A DNA stretch of 64,000 nt. Origin: Pseudomonadota bacterium. Its GTDB lineage: Bacteria; Pseudomonadota; Alphaproteobacteria; Rhizobiales; Rhizobiaceae. The translations under genes were made by a program, and so were the position numbers. The stretch spans positions 4,850 to 68,849 of the forward strand of contig JAEYDD010000053.1 of assembly GCA_023404095.1 (NCBI GenBank). Reading direction: 5' to 3'. This document shows positions 60,874 to 64,000 of the stretch, one piece after another. The notes beneath the pieces are model-generated. The model worked only from the letters and a program-made list of their open reading frames with translations. It did no database searches and had not been told where the DNA came from. Each line of letters opens with the position of its first letter. Position 1 is the first letter of the stretch.

Positions 60874-61623
60874 TCAGCCCGGCAGCGTCAGGATCAGCGG
60901 GCCGTTCCGGGTCGCCACCACCGTGTGCTCGAACTGCACCGTCGGTGCCTGCGGGTCGCTGTAGAGCGTCCAGTCGTCATCGCCGTTTTCCGCCCATTGC
61001 GCGCCGAGCGACAGGAAGGGCTCGACGGTGAAGACCAGCCCCTCGGTCATCACCCGCTTCTCGCGCGGGTCCGGCCAGGTGGCGATCTCCGACGGCTCCT
61101 CGTGCAGCGACCGGCCGACGCCGTGGCTGGCGAGGTTGGCGATGAGGGTGTAGCGGTTCTTGCGGGCAAAGGTTCCGATCGCGTTGCCGATCGCCGAAAG
61201 CGGACGGCCGGACTTGACCTCCTTCAAGCCGACCCACATGGCGCGCTTGCCGTCGCGGCAGAGGCGCTCGACGTTGGGGGCGGCGCGGCCGACAGTGAAC
61301 GACGCGCCGGTATCGGCGAAATAGCCGCCCAGTTCGGCAGAGACGTCGATGTTGACCAGGTCGCCTTCGGCGATCACCCGGTCTCCGGGGATGCCGTGGG
61401 CCACTTCCTCGTTGACGCTGATGCAGGTCGCCCCGGGAAACTCGTAGCAGGTTTCGGGCGCCGAACGCGCACCGGCCTCTTCCAGCATGCGCCGCCCGAT
61501 CAGATCAAGTTCCTCCGTCGTCATGCCGGGCCGGATGGAGGCGCTCATGTGCTGCAGGACATTGCCGCAGATGCGGCCGATTGCCTGCATGCCGCGCAGG
61601 TCTTCGTCGTTGTTCAGGGTCAT
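60874..61623 (-). CDS. map: Type I methionine aminopeptidase
   Basis: CISVNEEVAHGIP, NIDVS, ADTG, SHGVGRSLHEEP, TVEPF, QFEHT. Confidence 0.95.
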   Translation of the reverse strand: MTLNNDEDLRGMQAIGRICGNVLQHMSASIRPGMTTEELDLIGRRMLEEAGARSAPETCYEFPGATCISVNEEVAHGIPGDRVIAEGDLVNIDVSAELGGYFADTGASFTVGRAAPNVERLCRDGKRAMWVGLKEVKSGRPLSAIGNAIGTFARKNRYTLIANLASHGVGRSLHEEPSEIATWPDPREKRVMTEGLVFTVEPFLSLGAQWAENGDDDWTLYSDPQAPTVQFEHTVVATRNGPLILTLPG

Positions 61624-61693
61624 CTCGTCTCGCTTTCCGCGGGCTCCTTAGCATGGTGCCGCCGGCCTTTCCAATGCCTCGGCCAAGAGCCAG

Positions 61694-62728
61694 CTACTGC
61701 CCAGCCAGCAATTCGCGCACCAACGGCGCGACTTTCGTACCGTAGAGCTCGATGCCGCGCATGATCTGCGCATGCGGCATCAGGCCGATCGCCATCTGCA
61801 GCACGAAGCGGTCGTTGCGAAAGATCCGGTGATGGGCCGCGATCTTTTTCGCCACCGTTTCCGGGTCGCCGAGGAAAAGGTGCCCCTCCGGCCCGGTGGA
61901 GAGATCGAACTGCGCCCGGCTGGTCGGCCCCCAGCCACGCTCCGTACCGATCCGGTTCATGACAGCCGACTGCGGGCCGTAGAACTGGTCCGCGGCAGCC
62001 TCGAACGTGTCGGCAATGAAGCCGTGCACGTTGATGCTTGTCTTCAGCTTCGAGACGTCCTGGCCGGCGCGACTGGCTGCCTCGCGGTAGAGATCGAAGA
62101 GCGGAGCATACCGAGATGGCGTGCCGCCGATGATCGCAAGCGCCAGCGGCAGCCCGTACGCCCCTGCCCGCGCCACCGATTGCGGCGTGCCGCCGACGGC
62201 GATCCAAATCGGCAGCCGACCATGCAGCGGCCGCGGATAGACCCCGAGCCCGCGGATCGGCGCGCGCGTCTCACCGCTCCAGGAGACCTTCTCGGCGTCA
62301 TTGATCGCCAGCAGCAGGTCGAGCTTTTCCTCGAACAGCTTGTCGTAGTCGTTAAGATCGTAGCCGAACAGCGGGAAGGACTCGATGAACGAACCGCGGC
62401 CCGCCATGATCTCCGCCCTGCCCCCGGAAATGAGGTCGAGCGTCGAGAACTGCTGGAATACCCGTACCGGATCGTCCGACGACAGCACCGTCACCGAGCT
62501 GGCAAGGCGGATGTTTTTCGTCCGGGCGGCGGCCGCTGCAAGGATGACGGCCGGCGCAGATGCCGCATAGTCGGGCCGATGATGTTCACCGATCCCGAAG
62601 ACGTCGAGACCGACCTGATCGGCCAGCTCGATTTCCTCGATGAGTTCGCGAATCCGCCGCTCGCCTTCCCGCCCCTTGTCGGCGGCAGCGGGATCGACGT
62701 CGGCAAAGGTGTGAAGGCCAAGTTCCAT
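61694..62728 (-). CDS. LLM class flavin-dependent oxidoreductase
   Basis: [43 protein letters not shown]. Confidence 0.92.
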   Translation of the reverse strand: MELGLHTFADVDPAAADKGREGERRIRELIEEIELADQVGLDVFGIGEHHRPDYAASAPAVILAAAAARTKNIRLASSVTVLSSDDPVRVFQQFSTLDLISGGRAEIMAGRGSFIESFPLFGYDLNDYDKLFEEKLDLLLAINDAEKVSWSGETRAPIRGLGVYPRPLHGRLPIWIAVGGTPQSVARAGAYGLPLALAIIGGTPSRYAPLFDLYREAASRAGQDVSKLKTSINVHGFIADTFEAAADQFYGPQSAVMNRIGTERGWGPTSRAQFDLSTGPEGHLFLGDPETVAKKIAAHHRIFRNDRFVLQMAIGLMPHAQIMRGIELYGTKVAPLVRELLAGQ

Positions 62729-62961
62729 GGGGTGTCTTCCGGGTGGATGTTCAAGCTCTCGCAGAGATATGGGGCTGAGCCGCGTGTGCAAAGGGCGAAT
62801 TCGGAAACAATGCGTTCGCGGGCGGCGGCCGATCGCAGCTGCGACGTGGTGGCCATTGAGAAGGGACCGCTTCCTTGACCCTGCCGGACCCACCATGGCA
62901 AAGAGTTCTCACAATTTGCGACGGCCCCGGGCGGGCGGAAGCGCGAATCCGGAGGTTTTTG

Positions 62962-63789
62962 TTGCGCATCATTTCACTGTCCACCATTCCGCCACGCTTC
63001 GCCACGCTGGCGCCGACACTGAAAAGCCTGGTGAGCCAGAAGGGCAAAGTTGACGAAATTCGCCTCTATGTTCCTGAACGCTACCGCCGCTTTCCAGACT
63101 ACGACGGCACGTTGCCGTCGGTGCCGGACGGTGTGAAGATCGTGCGGCCGGACAGCGATCTCGGTCCGGCCTCGAAGGTGCTGTTCGCCGCCCGCGAACT
63201 ACGCGGCAGGCAGGAGGCGCAGATCCTCTTTTGCGACGACGACAAGATCTTCGGCCCCACCTGGGCAGCCGACCTTTTCGCCGCACAGGCCGCAAGGCCG
63301 GGCGAGTGCGTCGCGCTGAACGGCAAGGGCATTCCGCCACACCGCGGCAAGCCGGGCCCGTTCCAGCCGAAGGCCAAGCGCGCAGGCAAGCTGGACCTGT
63401 CGCTGCGCGCCCGGCGGCTGAGCCACAGGCTCGCCTCGATGCTCTTGCGCACAGGCACGCCGCGGCCGATGCGCCGTCCGATCGCGAAGGCCGGCTATGT
63501 CGATATCCTGCAGGGCCTTGGCGGAGTGGTGGTGCGGCCGGACTTCTTCGACGACACCGCCTACGACATTCCCGATGCGGTCTGGACGGTCGACGATGTC
63601 TGGCTTTCCGGCCTGCTCGCCTGGAAGGGCATCCCGATCTGGCTTCCGGCCGGCATCGAGGAACCGCTGACGACGGACGCGCATGACATCGATTCCCTCT
63701 ACCGCTCGACCATCGAGGGGATCACCCGCAAGGACGCCAATCGCGCTTCGGTCGCCTACATGCAGGAGCGCTTCGGCATCTGGAAGTAG
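62962..63789 (+). CDS. GT-A fold glycosyltransferase-like protein
   Basis: IISLSTIPPRF, DLGPASK, FCDDD, VDDVWLSG; GGAGG RBS before TTG. Confidence 0.8.
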   Translation: MRIISLSTIPPRFATLAPTLKSLVSQKGKVDEIRLYVPERYRRFPDYDGTLPSVPDGVKIVRPDSDLGPASKVLFAARELRGRQEAQILFCDDDKIFGPTWAADLFAAQAARPGECVALNGKGIPPHRGKPGPFQPKAKRAGKLDLSLRARRLSHRLASMLLRTGTPRPMRRPIAKAGYVDILQGLGGVVVRPDFFDDTAYDIPDAVWTVDDVWLSGLLAWKGIPIWLPAGIEEPLTTDAHDIDSLYRSTIEGITRKDANRASVAYMQERFGIWK

Positions 63790-63831
63790 GCGCCCATGCG
63801 GCATTGAAGCACCGCATGAGCCGAAACTCGC

Positions 63832-64000
63832 TCAAAGTCTGGAGGCGACCGCCTCGAGCTGGGTTGCGACCTGCCCCCAGCCGCCATGGAAGCCCATCGC
63901 CTCGTGCGTGCTGGCGTCTTCCACGTTCCAGTGGCGGGCGATCGCGGTATAGCGGCTGCGCCCGTCGCCAAGGTCGTCGAAGAGGATCTCGGCAGCGAAG
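63832..64000 (-). CDS. SRPBCC/AHSA1 family protein (C-terminal part only)
   Basis: Manual translation FAAEILFDDLGDGRSRYTAIARHWNVEDASTHEAMGFHGGWGQVATQLEAVASRL*. Confidence 0.8.
   Translation of the reverse strand, partial: FAAEILFDDLGDGRSRYTAIARHWNVEDASTHEAMGFHGGWGQVATQLEAVASRL

Noticed and set aside
1..64000. CRISPR array, tRNA/rRNA genes, prophage or IS element
   Set aside because: No regularly spaced direct repeats, tRNA or rRNA signatures, or integrase, transposase or phage structural genes were found.

Overview
GC-rich alphaproteobacterial chromosome segment, very likely Rhizobiaceae: it carries nolR, bacA/sbmA, a shmR-type heme receptor, choXWV, and fused trpE(G) with a trpL leader ending ISIWWWAR. 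About 60 CDSs are supportable, mostly core metabolism and housekeeping (leuA, clpP, queF, trpE(G), fhs, tdk, ade, der, map). No rRNA, tRNA, CRISPR, integrase or transposase was seen. The best candidate for an undescribed system is a five-gene minus-strand operon at 30855-38380: a long coiled-coil protein, a hypothetical protein, a classic-clade AAA+ ATPase with a DD Walker B, a DUF6638-like protein and a membrane-anchored DUF2333-like protein. A RelE/HTH toxin-antitoxin pair sits inside it, and a REP-like repeat appears to supply one of its RBSs. Other highlights are three leader peptides missing from the ORF track as standalone ORFs (trpL, an apparently leaderless Leu-rich leuA leader, and a 23-aa uORF ending PRRR on CGA codons before a GNAT gene), an oxalate decarboxylase paired with an unknown secreted protein, a MoxR/DUF58/DUF4159 operon, a DUF4160/DUF2442 pair with an antitoxin-like remnant, a possible ATC start codon, and candidate RirA, RutR and NolR operators. 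Family names come from motif recognition and memory, not from database searches.
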